Below are positions 47,390 to 56,436 of a DNA stretch of 64,000 bases, one piece after another. The stretch is from NCBI GenBank assembly GCA_037141055.1, contig JBAXDH010000004.1, forward strand, positions 2,443-66,442. Reading direction: 5' to 3'. The notes below the pieces were generated by a model. The model was not told the origin of the DNA, did no database searches, and worked only from the letters and a program-made list of their open reading frames with translations. Every line of letters begins with the position of its first letter. The first letter of the stretch is position 1. The DNA is from a bacterium (lineage in GTDB: Bacteria; Bacteroidota; Bacteroidia; Bacteroidales; FEN-979). The translations under genes were made by a program, and so were the position numbers.

Positions 47390-48421
47390 TCAGAACCCGG
47401 GATGAAGCGCCTGGGCAAGCCAGAAACAAAGTGCTGAAACGATGGCGGCAGCCGGGATGGTGAGCACCCAGGCAATCACGATGTTCAGGGCAATCTTCCA
47501 TTTGATGCCAGTGAGATTGGTGACCGCACCCACACCGATAATCGAACCGGCAATGGTATGGGTCGTCGAAATGGGAATACCCATGCTTGTCGCCAGAAAA
47601 AGAGTAAGTGCACCGGAAGTCTCAGCAGCGAAGCCATGGACTGGTTTTAATTTTGTGAGTTTCATTCCCATTGTCTTAACAATCCTCCATCCGCCGATGC
47701 CTGTTCCAAGGGCCATGGCTGCAAAACATGCGAAAATAATCCAGTTTGTCTGGGGGTTCATGAGCGACAACTGTGCCGAGGGGTCCAGTTTCCTTGCCGC
47801 AACAAGCAGGGCAACGATAACTCCCATGGTTTTTTGGGCATCATTTCCGCCATGTCCCAAGGAATACAGTGCAGCGGAAAATAATTGACCGCGTCTGAAA
47901 ATGCTGTCAACCTTTTTAGGAGTGAATTTATGGAATATCCAGATAACCGCCAGCATAAGCCCAAAGCCAAGCACAACGCCAATCAGCGGTGCAATTGGAA
48001 TAAATGTCGCCGTTTCCATCACCTTGGACCAATGGATGATGCTGGTCCCTTTGTGTGCCATCCCTGCACCAACCAGTCCGCCAATAAGTGCGTGTGAGGA
48101 GCTCGAAGGCAGTCCGTACCACCAGGTGACAAGGTCCCAAAGAATTGCTCCAAGAAGTCCGGTGAGGATGATGTATATGAAGGCAGGGTCTGCCGGGTCG
48201 ATGATGACAATCTTGGCGATGGTATTGGCAACTTTCGGGGCAAAAACGAACATCGCCGCGAAATTAAAAAAGGCAGCCCAGTATACTGCAAATTTTGGAG
48301 ACAGTACTTTTGTGGAAACGATCGTGGCAATGGAATTTGCTGCATCATGAAATCCGTTGATGATATCGAAAATCAATGCAACGGCAATGGTGATGACAAC
48401 AATGACTAATATTGAATTCAT
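47390..48421 (-). CDS. pit: Inorganic phosphate transporter, PiT family
   Basis: 343 aa polytopic protein. GFHDAANSIAT and the duplicated GGNDAQKTMG signature. Confidence 0.9.
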   Translation of the reverse strand: MNSILVIVVITIAVALIFDIINGFHDAANSIATIVSTKVLSPKFAVYWAAFFNFAAMFVFAPKVANTIAKIVIIDPADPAFIYIILTGLLGAILWDLVTWWYGLPSSSSHALIGGLVGAGMAHKGTSIIHWSKVMETATFIPIAPLIGVVLGFGLMLAVIWIFHKFTPKKVDSIFRRGQLFSAALYSLGHGGNDAQKTMGVIVALLVAARKLDPSAQLSLMNPQTNWIIFACFAAMALGTGIGGWRIVKTMGMKLTKLKPVHGFAAETSGALTLFLATSMGIPISTTHTIAGSIIGVGAVTNLTGIKWKIALNIVIAWVLTIPAAAIVSALCFWLAQALHPGF

Positions 48422-48451
48422 AGATGGTTTATAAGGGATTGAAACAGGTCA

Positions 48452-49078
48452 TCAGGCATTGTCGATCAGGATACTCTCAATGGTATTGGCAACCCGTTCG
48501 ATACGGTCAACGGCTTTTTCCAAACGTTCAAAAACTTCTTTCCATTTGATGATCATCATGATATCATTTGTTTTGAAAAGATTGGCGATGGCAATGCGTG
48601 AAATATCGTCTGCCTGGTTCTCGAACTCATGGATCTGCGCACATTTATCCCTGATGGTCTTACTGTTCTTTTTTGTATTCCGAAGGTCTTTGATAGCCTC
48701 TTCCAGCACCAGGTTGCTGTTGTGGATGATCTTGGCAAATTCAAGCGTGTCGGGCTTAAGTTCTTCAATATCATAATAAAATAACCTGAAAGTTGCTGCA
48801 TTCATCTGATCGGCAAAATCGTCCATACCGTTCACAAGCTGGTAAATCTGGTCGCGGTCAATAGGGGTGATGAATGTTTTATGCAGCAGATCGATGCACT
48901 CCTTGGCAACTTTATCGGCTTCCCGTTCGAGACGTTTGATGGCCTTGGTGGCGACTTCGGGATGTTTCTTCTCCTTTACCAGCGCAAGGAACTCAACACT
49001 GATCTGGATATTGGTACTCATCAACCTTTCGAAATAATCAAAAAAGGCATATTCTTGGGGGAGCAGTCCTCGTAACAT
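48452..49078 (-). CDS. DUF47 / PhoU-like phosphate transport regulator
   Basis: 208-aa helical protein immediately upstream of pit, the usual pairing. Confidence 0.8.
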   Translation of the reverse strand: MLRGLLPQEYAFFDYFERLMSTNIQISVEFLALVKEKKHPEVATKAIKRLEREADKVAKECIDLLHKTFITPIDRDQIYQLVNGMDDFADQMNAATFRLFYYDIEELKPDTLEFAKIIHNSNLVLEEAIKDLRNTKKNSKTIRDKCAQIHEFENQADDISRIAIANLFKTNDIMMIIKWKEVFERLEKAVDRIERVANTIESILIDNA

Positions 49079-49204
49079 GGATGAAATTTATAAGTAAATA
49101 ATGAGTTTAAAAACGGGTTGATTTAACAAAACGTTCAACCGTGTCAAAAATAGACAAATTGGTGCAATTGAAGTCAACATGTTAACATCTTCTTATTATT
49201 TTCT

Positions 49205-49212
49205 TACTTTTG
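49205..49212 (+). promoter_or_regulatory. -7 box (TActTTTG) for cca
   Basis: Matches TAnnTTTG, 16 nt before the ATG at 49228. Confidence 0.5.
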
Positions 49213-49227
49213 AGGCCGTATCAAATT

Positions 49228-50652
49228 ATGGAAAAATTAACTCATTATCTCGAACATCCTGTTTTCAGTGTAGTCTCGGCAGTTGCAGGCAGCATGCAGG
49301 TGCGCGCTTTTGTGATCGGTGGATTCGTTCGGGACTTGCTGCTGCATCGCGACAACAAGCAGGACATTGACATTGTCGTAACAGGAAGCGGTATCGATTT
49401 TGCCCACCAGGTCGCCGAAATGCTAGGGGGAGATGTTCCGGTGAAATTCTTCAGGAATTTTGGCACGGCCATGCTGAACTACCATGGATGGAAAATCGAA
49501 TTTGTGGGCGCCCGGAAGGAATCCTACCGGCGCAATTCACGCAAACCGCTTGTGGAAGACGGTACCATCGAGGACGATCAGAAGCGCCGTGACTTTACCA
49601 TCAATGCCATGGCCATCGATTTGACGGCTGAAAATTATGGACTGCTGAACGATCCCTTCGATGGCATCGGTGACCTGGAGCGCAGGGTCATACGTACACC
49701 GCTGGACCCGGATATCACTTTTTCCGATGATCCGCTGCGCATGATGCGCGCCATCAGGTTTGCCACCCAGCTGAATTTCATCATTGAACCATCCTGCTTT
49801 GAAGCAATATCAAGGAATGCCGAACGGATTTCAATCGTCTCCATGGAGCGTGTTTCCGATGAATTCAACCTGATCATCCAGGCGGCGGTTCCATCGGCGG
49901 GATTTCGGATGCTGGATGAATGCGGACTTCTTAAAATCATATTCCCGGAATTTTGTGAGCTGAAGGGCTCCGAAATGATCGAAGGCAAGGGACATAAGGA
50001 TAATTTTTATCACACGCTGGCCGTGCTCGACAATGTTGCGCAGGTGTCGGATAATCTGTGGCTGCGCTGGGCATCGATACTCCATGACATTGCCAAGCCG
50101 CTCACCAAAAAGTTTATCCAGGGTACGGGCTGGACTTTTCATGCGCATGAATTCAGGGGCGCCAAAATGGTTCCGCATATCTTCAGGAAGCTGAAACTTC
50201 CGCTGAATGAAAAGATGCATTATGTCGAGAAACTCGTTCTGCTACATCTCCGCCCGATCGTCCTGGCTGAAGATGTCGTGACGGATTCGGCGGTACGCAG
50301 GCTGCTGTTTGAAGCGGGAGACGACATTGATGACCTGATGCTCCTTTGCAATGCCGACATCACATCCAAAAACCCGGACAAGGTAAAACGATTCATTTCC
50401 AATTTCAACATCGTCAGGCAGAAGTTGAAGGAAATTGAGGAGAAAGATCAGTTGCGCAACTGGCAACCTCCGATCACAGGTGAAGTAATCATGCAAACTT
50501 TCGGAATACCTCCTTCCAGGCCGGTAGGTATAATCAAGGAAGCAATCACCGAAGCCATCCTTGAAGGCGAAATTCCAAACAATTATGAAGCAGCCTACCA
50601 GCTGATGCTCCGGGAAGGGGAGAAACTGGGGCTGGTTAAATCGGTCTTTTGA
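49228..50652 (+). CDS. cca: CCA tRNA nucleotidyltransferase / poly(A) polymerase family with an HD domain
   Basis: GGFVRDLLL..DIDIV, RRDFTINAM and a downstream HD domain (LHDIAKP). The ATG at 49228 is preferred. Confidence 0.85.
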   Translation: MEKLTHYLEHPVFSVVSAVAGSMQVRAFVIGGFVRDLLLHRDNKQDIDIVVTGSGIDFAHQVAEMLGGDVPVKFFRNFGTAMLNYHGWKIEFVGARKESYRRNSRKPLVEDGTIEDDQKRRDFTINAMAIDLTAENYGLLNDPFDGIGDLERRVIRTPLDPDITFSDDPLRMMRAIRFATQLNFIIEPSCFEAISRNAERISIVSMERVSDEFNLIIQAAVPSAGFRMLDECGLLKIIFPEFCELKGSEMIEGKGHKDNFYHTLAVLDNVAQVSDNLWLRWASILHDIAKPLTKKFIQGTGWTFHAHEFRGAKMVPHIFRKLKLPLNEKMHYVEKLVLLHLRPIVLAEDVVTDSAVRRLLFEAGDDIDDLMLLCNADITSKNPDKVKRFISNFNIVRQKLKEIEEKDQLRNWQPPITGEVIMQTFGIPPSRPVGIIKEAITEAILEGEIPNNYEAAYQLMLREGEKLGLVKSVF

Positions 50653-50684
50653 ACCTTTTTTCTATTTTGTTGACCGGAATTTTA

Positions 50685-50692
50685 TATTTTTG
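50685..50692 (+). promoter_or_regulatory. -7 box (TAttTTTG) for the 50717 / miaA unit
   Basis: Matches TAnnTTTG, 25 nt before the ATG. Confidence 0.5.
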
Positions 50693-50716
50693 AACCGGAT
50701 TTTAGTTTAAGCGAAC

Positions 50717-51502
50717 ATGTTGATTTACCGTTTTAGAATAACTTGCGAGGAGCATGATGGTTTTCTCAGGGAAATAGAGATTCAGCCGAATCAGACTTTT
50801 CTTGATTTTCATCATATTATGGTTGATTCAGCTGAATTGCTGCAATGCGACCGGGCCTCATTTTTCAAGACGGATAAAAAGTATATCAAGGACAAGGAAG
50901 TCTCACTCAAGGCGGAAAAGAGGCAGGTCAGGAAGTATGATGAGGATCTTGACCAGGTTGTTTCCGAATCGGTCACCCTGCCGCTGATGAAGGTGGAAAA
51001 ATTAAAAAACTACATCGAGGATCCGCATCAGAAAATGATTTATGAATTTGTTGGCCGTGATTCCTTTTCGTTTCATGTCGAGCTGTTTAAAATATTTCCT
51101 TCCGACGGGTCCGTTTCTTTTCCGCGATGTACAAAACGTGTGGCGGAATTACCGAAGAAGGCTGAACAACCCCCTGCAACTGCTGATGTGCCTGTAGCCC
51201 CGAAGGTTGTTATTCCGAAGATCCCTCTGCCGAAAATCCAGGAGCTTGTCAAATTTGATGATATCGTGGAAGATATGCAGGAGCTGGCAGCCATTGAAAA
51301 CGACCTCGAAGGATTGATGGAAGAAACCGCCGACGAACCGGAGCAGGCCGAAACCGAAGAGCATGGTGACCATGACTTTTTATACGGGGAACATGATGAG
51401 CCTGAGGAGGATGAAAAAATCGATCATTTAGACGATTACGAGGATATTGAAAACCTGGATAAGCGTTTATCCGGTTTTGACCGTGATTCGGATGACTACT
51501 GA
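50717..51502 (+). CDS. Hypothetical protein with a strongly acidic C-terminal tail
   Basis: 261 aa. The N-terminal ~130 aa look globular (YRFRITCEEHDGFLREIEIQPNQTFLDFHHIM, weakly MM3350-like). The tail is rich in D/E. Confidence 0.5.
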   Translation: MLIYRFRITCEEHDGFLREIEIQPNQTFLDFHHIMVDSAELLQCDRASFFKTDKKYIKDKEVSLKAEKRQVRKYDEDLDQVVSESVTLPLMKVEKLKNYIEDPHQKMIYEFVGRDSFSFHVELFKIFPSDGSVSFPRCTKRVAELPKKAEQPPATADVPVAPKVVIPKIPLPKIQELVKFDDIVEDMQELAAIENDLEGLMEETADEPEQAETEEHGDHDFLYGEHDEPEEDEKIDHLDDYEDIENLDKRLSGFDRDSDDY

Positions 51503-52406
51503 TGACAGGTTGCTTGTAATCATTGCCGGCCCCACGGCAGTCGGAAAAACATCAGCAGTAATAAGCCTTGCAGGGCTTTTCAACACAGAAATCTTTTCAG
51601 CTGATTCCAGGCAGTTCTACCGCGAAATGAAAATCGGGACCGCCGCTCCCTCCCCGGGGGAAATGGCCTCGGTGAAGCACCACTTCGTGCATCATTTGTC
51701 AATATCTGAACCGTATAACGTATCACGGTATGAAGAAGATGTACTTGCCCTGGCCGGGAAACTCTTCCCGGAACACCCTGTTTTGCTGATGGCAGGGGGT
51801 TCGGGCCTATACATCAACGCTGTCTGCCATGGAATTGACCAGTTGCCCGACCCGGATCCTGAAATTCGCAGGCAGTTGAAGGAGACCTTCACTGCGTCAG
51901 GAATCGAGCCCCTGCGACGCGAATTAACACTTCTCGACCCTGAATATGCCCGGCATGTCGATCTCGCAAACCCGGCGAGGCTTCTCAGGGCGCTTGAAGT
52001 TTGCCGGGCCACCGGGTTACCTTATTCCAGGTTGCGGACCAGCAGGCCGGTTCACCGAAACTTCAGAATTTTGAAAGTAGGGTTGGAACTTCCCCGGGAA
52101 GAACTGTATGAGCGGATCAATGGGAGGGTGGATGCAATGATGCAGGCCGGACTGTTTGAGGAGGCGCTTGCACTTTATCCGTTCAGGCATTTGAATGCCC
52201 TGAATACGGTGGGTTACAAGGAATTGTTCGACCATTTCGAAGGTCTGACCACCCTTGAACATGCTGTTGATAAGATCAGGATTCACAGCCGGCGGTATGC
52301 AAAACGCCAGATGACCTGGTTCAGAAGCGACCAGGAGATAACCTGGTTTCATCCGCAGGAAGTGGAAAAAATGGCGGAGTTCATTCGCCGGAACAATCAG
52401 GACTGA
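51492..52406 (+). CDS. miaA: tRNA dimethylallyltransferase
   Basis: P-loop IIAGPTAVGKTS and the SADSRQFYREMKIGTA motif. The ATG at 51492 is preferred and overlaps the upstream stop by 11 nt. Confidence 0.9.
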   Translation: MTTDDRLLVIIAGPTAVGKTSAVISLAGLFNTEIFSADSRQFYREMKIGTAAPSPGEMASVKHHFVHHLSISEPYNVSRYEEDVLALAGKLFPEHPVLLMAGGSGLYINAVCHGIDQLPDPDPEIRRQLKETFTASGIEPLRRELTLLDPEYARHVDLANPARLLRALEVCRATGLPYSRLRTSRPVHRNFRILKVGLELPREELYERINGRVDAMMQAGLFEEALALYPFRHLNALNTVGYKELFDHFEGLTTLEHAVDKIRIHSRRYAKRQMTWFRSDQEITWFHPQEVEKMAEFIRRNNQD

Positions 52407-53248
52407 CCGTTTGCTGAGTGATACACGATAAGCCCTTCCATGGGATTCTGTAGAATTTTATCGATCCTGATCTGCTCGGATGCGGCAGCCTCCATCAGGA
52501 TTTCACGATAATAATAGGCAATGGAACCAACAAGGGCGACAGGCGTGTTTTGGAAGTTGTCATAATGTTTGATCTGCGCTTCGAAAAAAGCCAGGAATGA
52601 ATCTTTTACGAGCCTGTGCACAAACGGGTGCTTCTGCCGCGGCTCCAGGAACTGGCTGAATGAGGCGAGGAACCTGTTGGGGGAGGGGCGGTTGTACAAC
52701 GCATTGAGGATATCTTCAAGCGTGTAACCGAATTGCGCATCAAACGCTTTACGCAGATCATCAGGAGCCTGTTTCCGGAGATAACTTCCGAGCCATTTTT
52801 TACCGAGGTACGAACCCGCCCCTTCATCTCCGAATAAAAATCCCAGCGAGTCAACCTGCTGGAATATGTTTTTTCCGTCATAATAGCATGAATTGCAGCC
52901 TGTTCCCAAAATTCCGGCAATGCCTTTCCGGTTGCCGAACAATGACCTTGCCGCTCCCAGCGTGTCATGATAAACAGAAATCTCCGCCTTTCTGAAGAAA
53001 ATGCGGATGGCATCCCTGACCATGGCATCATTTTTTTCGGTGGAGCACCCGGCTCCGTAAAAATGAACCTCCTTCACATGATCGCCGACAATGAATGGCG
53101 CCAGGTCCGCCATCAGCAACGCCTCAATGCTTTCGGATGTATGGAAATAGGGATTTAACCCGTTTGTCGCAATGTTTTTCTTTACGGTTCCCGATTCCAT
53201 CAAAACCCATGTTGTTTTCGTCGAACCGCTGTCAGCAATAAGTTTCAT
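52397..53248 (-). CDS. BadF/BadG/BcrA/BcrD-type ATPase (N-acetylglucosamine kinase-like)
   Basis: LIADSGSTKTTW N-terminus and GILGTGCNS motifs of the ASKHA fold. Confidence 0.8.
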   Translation of the reverse strand: MKLIADSGSTKTTWVLMESGTVKKNIATNGLNPYFHTSESIEALLMADLAPFIVGDHVKEVHFYGAGCSTEKNDAMVRDAIRIFFRKAEISVYHDTLGAARSLFGNRKGIAGILGTGCNSCYYDGKNIFQQVDSLGFLFGDEGAGSYLGKKWLGSYLRKQAPDDLRKAFDAQFGYTLEDILNALYNRPSPNRFLASFSQFLEPRQKHPFVHRLVKDSFLAFFEAQIKHYDNFQNTPVALVGSIAYYYREILMEAAASEQIRIDKILQNPMEGLIVYHSANGQS

Positions 53249-53270
53249 AAAATTAATTTAAATGTTTATT

Positions 53271-53302
53271 CGCCTGTCCGCCTGTCCGCCCATCTACCTC
53301 TC
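53271..53302. repeat. Tandem octamer array CGCCTGTC x2-3, abutting a stop codon
   Basis: cgcctgtc cgcctgtc cgcccatc tacctctc. The DUF3108 gene stop (53294-53296) lies inside the array. Confidence 0.8.
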
Positions 53303-54202
53303 CACCGCACTCATTGCATTCCTCAGCCCTTTCGCATCCTTCAGGTAGGCTTTCACGGTCCCGACAATGATCTTCGCCTCGATATAAACCGGAACTTTAT
53401 TCAAATCATCGGTGACCCAAACCAATACATCCTCGTCGCCCTTGAATATCGTACCCTGGACCATCCTGGCTGCAAATTTCACGCACCTGTAGCGTTTGCC
53501 GTCTGTCGACTCGATGGTTTCCTTCCCGAGATGCCTGATGTTGATGTCAAAATAGGCATCGTCGATGAGAACTTTAACCTGTTTTGTTGTGTTGGGCGCC
53601 ATGGACGAAATGTCAAGGGTTCGTGTGTAATAAACGGCGGAAAGCATGTCGAAGGCACAGGAGCGAAGCGGCAGGGTGTCGGTGCGCTGGGGATTGTTGT
53701 TGCTCCTGGTATTGGCGATAACTTTTTGCGCATTGTAGTCGAAAGTAAGGGTATTCAGCAAGGTGTATCCCCCTTCGTAAACCATTCGGCGAAAGTCGTG
53801 TGACCTGAAGGTTACGGGGTCGATCCAGGAGTCAAAGTAGTCGCGAACCTTGAAAAGGATGTCGTAGGAGATGAATGATCTGCCGGTTCCTTTCAGATGC
53901 CAGGAAGGCTTTCCCTGCCATGATTCGTTTGTTACGGAAAAGGTGACTAATCCCGCATCGACCCACACGGGGCCCCAGTTGTAGGAGACTGTGTACCTGA
54001 TCTGCTCCCCGTCGCCGAATGTGGTATTTACGGGCTGGCATTGCGGCAATGCGCTCTGAGGGAAAATTATTCCTGCGAGTAATAGCAAAAAAAGACCCCA
54101 ACCCCCAGACCCCTTCCCCAACAAGGCAAGGGGAGAAAGTCCCTCCCTTTTTGGGGAGGGATTCAGGGTGGGGTAAGGAAAATATTTCAGATATGGTATC
54201 AC
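53294..54202 (-). CDS. DUF3108 domain protein; start uncertain
   Basis: GEQIRYTVSYNWGPVWVDAGLVTF is typical of DUF3108. The listed first ~35 codons are a translated GC-rich hairpin element. The real start may be the TTG giving MGKGSGGWGLFLLLLAG. Confidence 0.65.
   Translation of the reverse strand: MIPYLKYFPYPTLNPSPKREGLSPLALLGKGSGGWGLFLLLLAGIIFPQSALPQCQPVNTTFGDGEQIRYTVSYNWGPVWVDAGLVTFSVTNESWQGKPSWHLKGTGRSFISYDILFKVRDYFDSWIDPVTFRSHDFRRMVYEGGYTLLNTLTFDYNAQKVIANTRSNNNPQRTDTLPLRSCAFDMLSAVYYTRTLDISSMAPNTTKQVKVLIDDAYFDINIRHLGKETIESTDGKRYRCVKFAARMVQGTIFKGDEDVLVWVTDDLNKVPVYIEAKIIVGTVKAYLKDAKGLRNAMSAVER
54094..54178. repeat. GC-rich element with two short hairpins at the permease / DUF3108 junction
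   Basis: Hairpins are cccctt-N12-aagggg (54110-54133) and tccctccc-tttttg-gggaggga (54140-54161). The composition contrasts sharply with the flanking sequence. Confidence 0.7.
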
Positions 54203-55629
54203 TTTTTATTCCATAAAAAATAAACCGGAATCCCAAGCAAAACGATAATTAATCCAGGCCAGGTATATCCGGGCTTATAAATAAACAGGATGACCATCAC
54301 GATCAACGCGAGGATGATATATGCCAAAGGAATAACCGGATAACCAAATGCTTTGTAAGGGCGCTCAAGGTCGGGCTTTGTCATTCGCAGGCGGAATAAT
54401 CCCAGGATGGTGAGAACGTAAAAAATAAGGACCGCAAATACAACATAATCAAGCAATTGTCCGTATGTGCCAGAAAGACACAACAATCCTGCCCATATGC
54501 CCTGGATAATCAACCCGGTGGCAGGCACTCCGTTTTCATTCAGGGTTCCAACCTTTTTAAAGAAAATACCGTCTTTCGACATGGCATAATAAACGCGCGC
54601 GCCGGCAAGGATAAGCCCGTTGTTGCAACCAAATGTGGAAATAACGATGAAAGCAGCCATGATGAGCACCGCATAATTTCCGAATACGCCCGAAATCGCA
54701 GCGGTAGCCAGCCTGTCATTGAGTGCATACTGCATTCCCCTGGAGGCAATTTCTGCTCCTTCCGGTGCCCCCCGTACCGGCAAAACGGTGATATAGACAA
54801 TGTTTGCAAGAAGATACAGGATTGTAACGATCATGGTGCCCAGAAACAGGCTTAGCGGGATGTTTTTCCTGGGATTGATCACTTCCCCGGCAGTGAAGGT
54901 GATGTTGTTCCATGCATCCGACGAGAAAAGGCTTCCTACCATTGCCATTCCGACAGCGGCCAGCAGGGCCATGCCTGCGAGGGGGATGTCCTGGCCCCCG
55001 TTTCCTTCCCGCTCAGGATTCCAGAAAATTAATTTATTGGTGCTGATTGCCTCATGATTTGTGGCAAATCCTAATCCTATGACAATAAATAAGACAAGCA
55101 GGATGAATTTTCCGGAAGTAAAAGCATTCTGAATTTTTTTTCCTTCCTGGATGCCCCTGGTATTTACCCAGGTTAAAAACGCGATGGAACTGATGGCAAC
55201 AAGTTGCACCGGGCCGAATTTAAAAAAACCAGCCTTGAACCAGATGATGTTTTCTGAGACCGACGGGATTAAAACACCGGAAAATTTCGCAAAGGCCATG
55301 CCTACTGCCGCAATGGTCCCCGTTTGAATAACCAGGAAGAGTGTCCATCCATAGAGGAAGCCGGTCAGTGGATTGTAGGCTTCCTTCAGGTAAACATACT
55401 GACCACCGGCTTTGGGAAACATTCCGGCCAGTTCCCCGTAGCTGAGGGCGGCGAATACTGTCATGAAACCGGTGATGATCCACACCATCATGAGCCATCC
55501 TGGTGAACCAACCATTCGTGCAATGTCGGCACTGACAATGAATATCCCGGAACCGATCATCGAGCCCACAACAATGGCGGTGGAGTCGAAAAGGTTTAGT
55601 CTTCGTTGAAATGAATTCTCTTCAATCAT
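54199..55629 (-). CDS. Amino acid permease (APC superfamily)
   Basis: 476 aa with 12 predicted TM helices and an N-terminal GSGIF motif. The start overlaps the upstream receiver stop (ATGA). Confidence 0.9.
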   Translation of the reverse strand: MIEENSFQRRLNLFDSTAIVVGSMIGSGIFIVSADIARMVGSPGWLMMVWIITGFMTVFAALSYGELAGMFPKAGGQYVYLKEAYNPLTGFLYGWTLFLVIQTGTIAAVGMAFAKFSGVLIPSVSENIIWFKAGFFKFGPVQLVAISSIAFLTWVNTRGIQEGKKIQNAFTSGKFILLVLFIVIGLGFATNHEAISTNKLIFWNPEREGNGGQDIPLAGMALLAAVGMAMVGSLFSSDAWNNITFTAGEVINPRKNIPLSLFLGTMIVTILYLLANIVYITVLPVRGAPEGAEIASRGMQYALNDRLATAAISGVFGNYAVLIMAAFIVISTFGCNNGLILAGARVYYAMSKDGIFFKKVGTLNENGVPATGLIIQGIWAGLLCLSGTYGQLLDYVVFAVLIFYVLTILGLFRLRMTKPDLERPYKAFGYPVIPLAYIILALIVMVILFIYKPGYTWPGLIIVLLGIPVYFLWNKK

Positions 55630-56015
55630 ATCGATAAATCTTTGATCATTGCCGCTATTTTTCCGAATGCCTCCCCGTCCTTTACCACATACTGCTCGGC
55701 TCCTTTTTGGATTGTTTGAAGAGCAATTGCATACCGTTCCTGGCTGGAAAGCATGATAACATGTAAGCCAGGATAATGCTTTTTGATGACCTGTAATATT
55801 TCCATCCCGTTGGCAGCATCTTTTTGGACGCTATTCAGGTAATAGTCGAGAATGATCAGATCCGGTTTTTCTGCGAGATGGCTGAGACACTCTTCCCCAG
55901 TGTTGAAAACATGGATCTGATGCGGGGTTTTCCGGGTGAGAAAATCTGTAAGCGCATCCGTAAGCATTGTATCATCATCTACAATGAATATTTTTTTCGG
56001 TGTTTCTAATTCCAT
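55626..56015 (-). CDS. Single-domain response regulator (receiver only)
   Basis: IFIVDDD, LIILDYYL and VIMLSS motifs. There is no output domain. Confidence 0.85.
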   Translation of the reverse strand: MELETPKKIFIVDDDTMLTDALTDFLTRKTPHQIHVFNTGEECLSHLAEKPDLIILDYYLNSVQKDAANGMEILQVIKKHYPGLHVIMLSSQERYAIALQTIQKGAEQYVVKDGEAFGKIAAMIKDLSI

Positions 56016-56057
56016 ATCAGTTTTTTTACAAAAATAGCAAATAAAAAAAAATACCTT

Positions 56058-56348
56058 CTAAGATAATTCACAGATGGCCTGCTCTATATCAACCAATATG
56101 CCTCTGATTTCAGATACCAGGCTTTGGGAGGCGGACCCGCTTCTGTATTGCTGTTCCACACTGACAGACATGATACCTGTGTTTTTCATGCACATCATGA
56201 TGAATTTTGTTTTAAAGCCATGAAACTGGTCGGCAACGCATGTGAAATCATCCACAGCGAGGGCAGTGTTAATTTTTTCAAAAAGGATAGGGGCGGATGT
56301 TAAAAACATCGTGATGTATTTGTTCATTTTCTCAGTGTCGTTTTTCAA
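56058..56348 (-). CDS. Small Hpt-like protein
   Basis: 96 aa and helical. DQFHGFKTKFIMMCM resembles the Hpt HxxKG motif. A weak call. Confidence 0.4.
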   Translation of the reverse strand: MKNDTEKMNKYITMFLTSAPILFEKINTALAVDDFTCVADQFHGFKTKFIMMCMKNTGIMSVSVEQQYRSGSASQSLVSEIRGILVDIEQAICELS

Positions 56349-56436
56349 GGTTCAGGCATTCAATCTCACTATCTCAAATATAATTTGTATTAGTTGTCTG
56401 TATGTTGTATTTTTATTCTTTGAAAAGGAATATCAT

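Noticed and set aside
50671-50704. A direct repeat, TGACCGGAATTTTA / TGAACCGGATTTTA, 20 nt apart upstream of the 50717 gene.
   Set aside because: It overlaps a good TAttTTTG -7 box and is short and imperfect. It is most simply explained as part of the promoter region, although an operator cannot be excluded.
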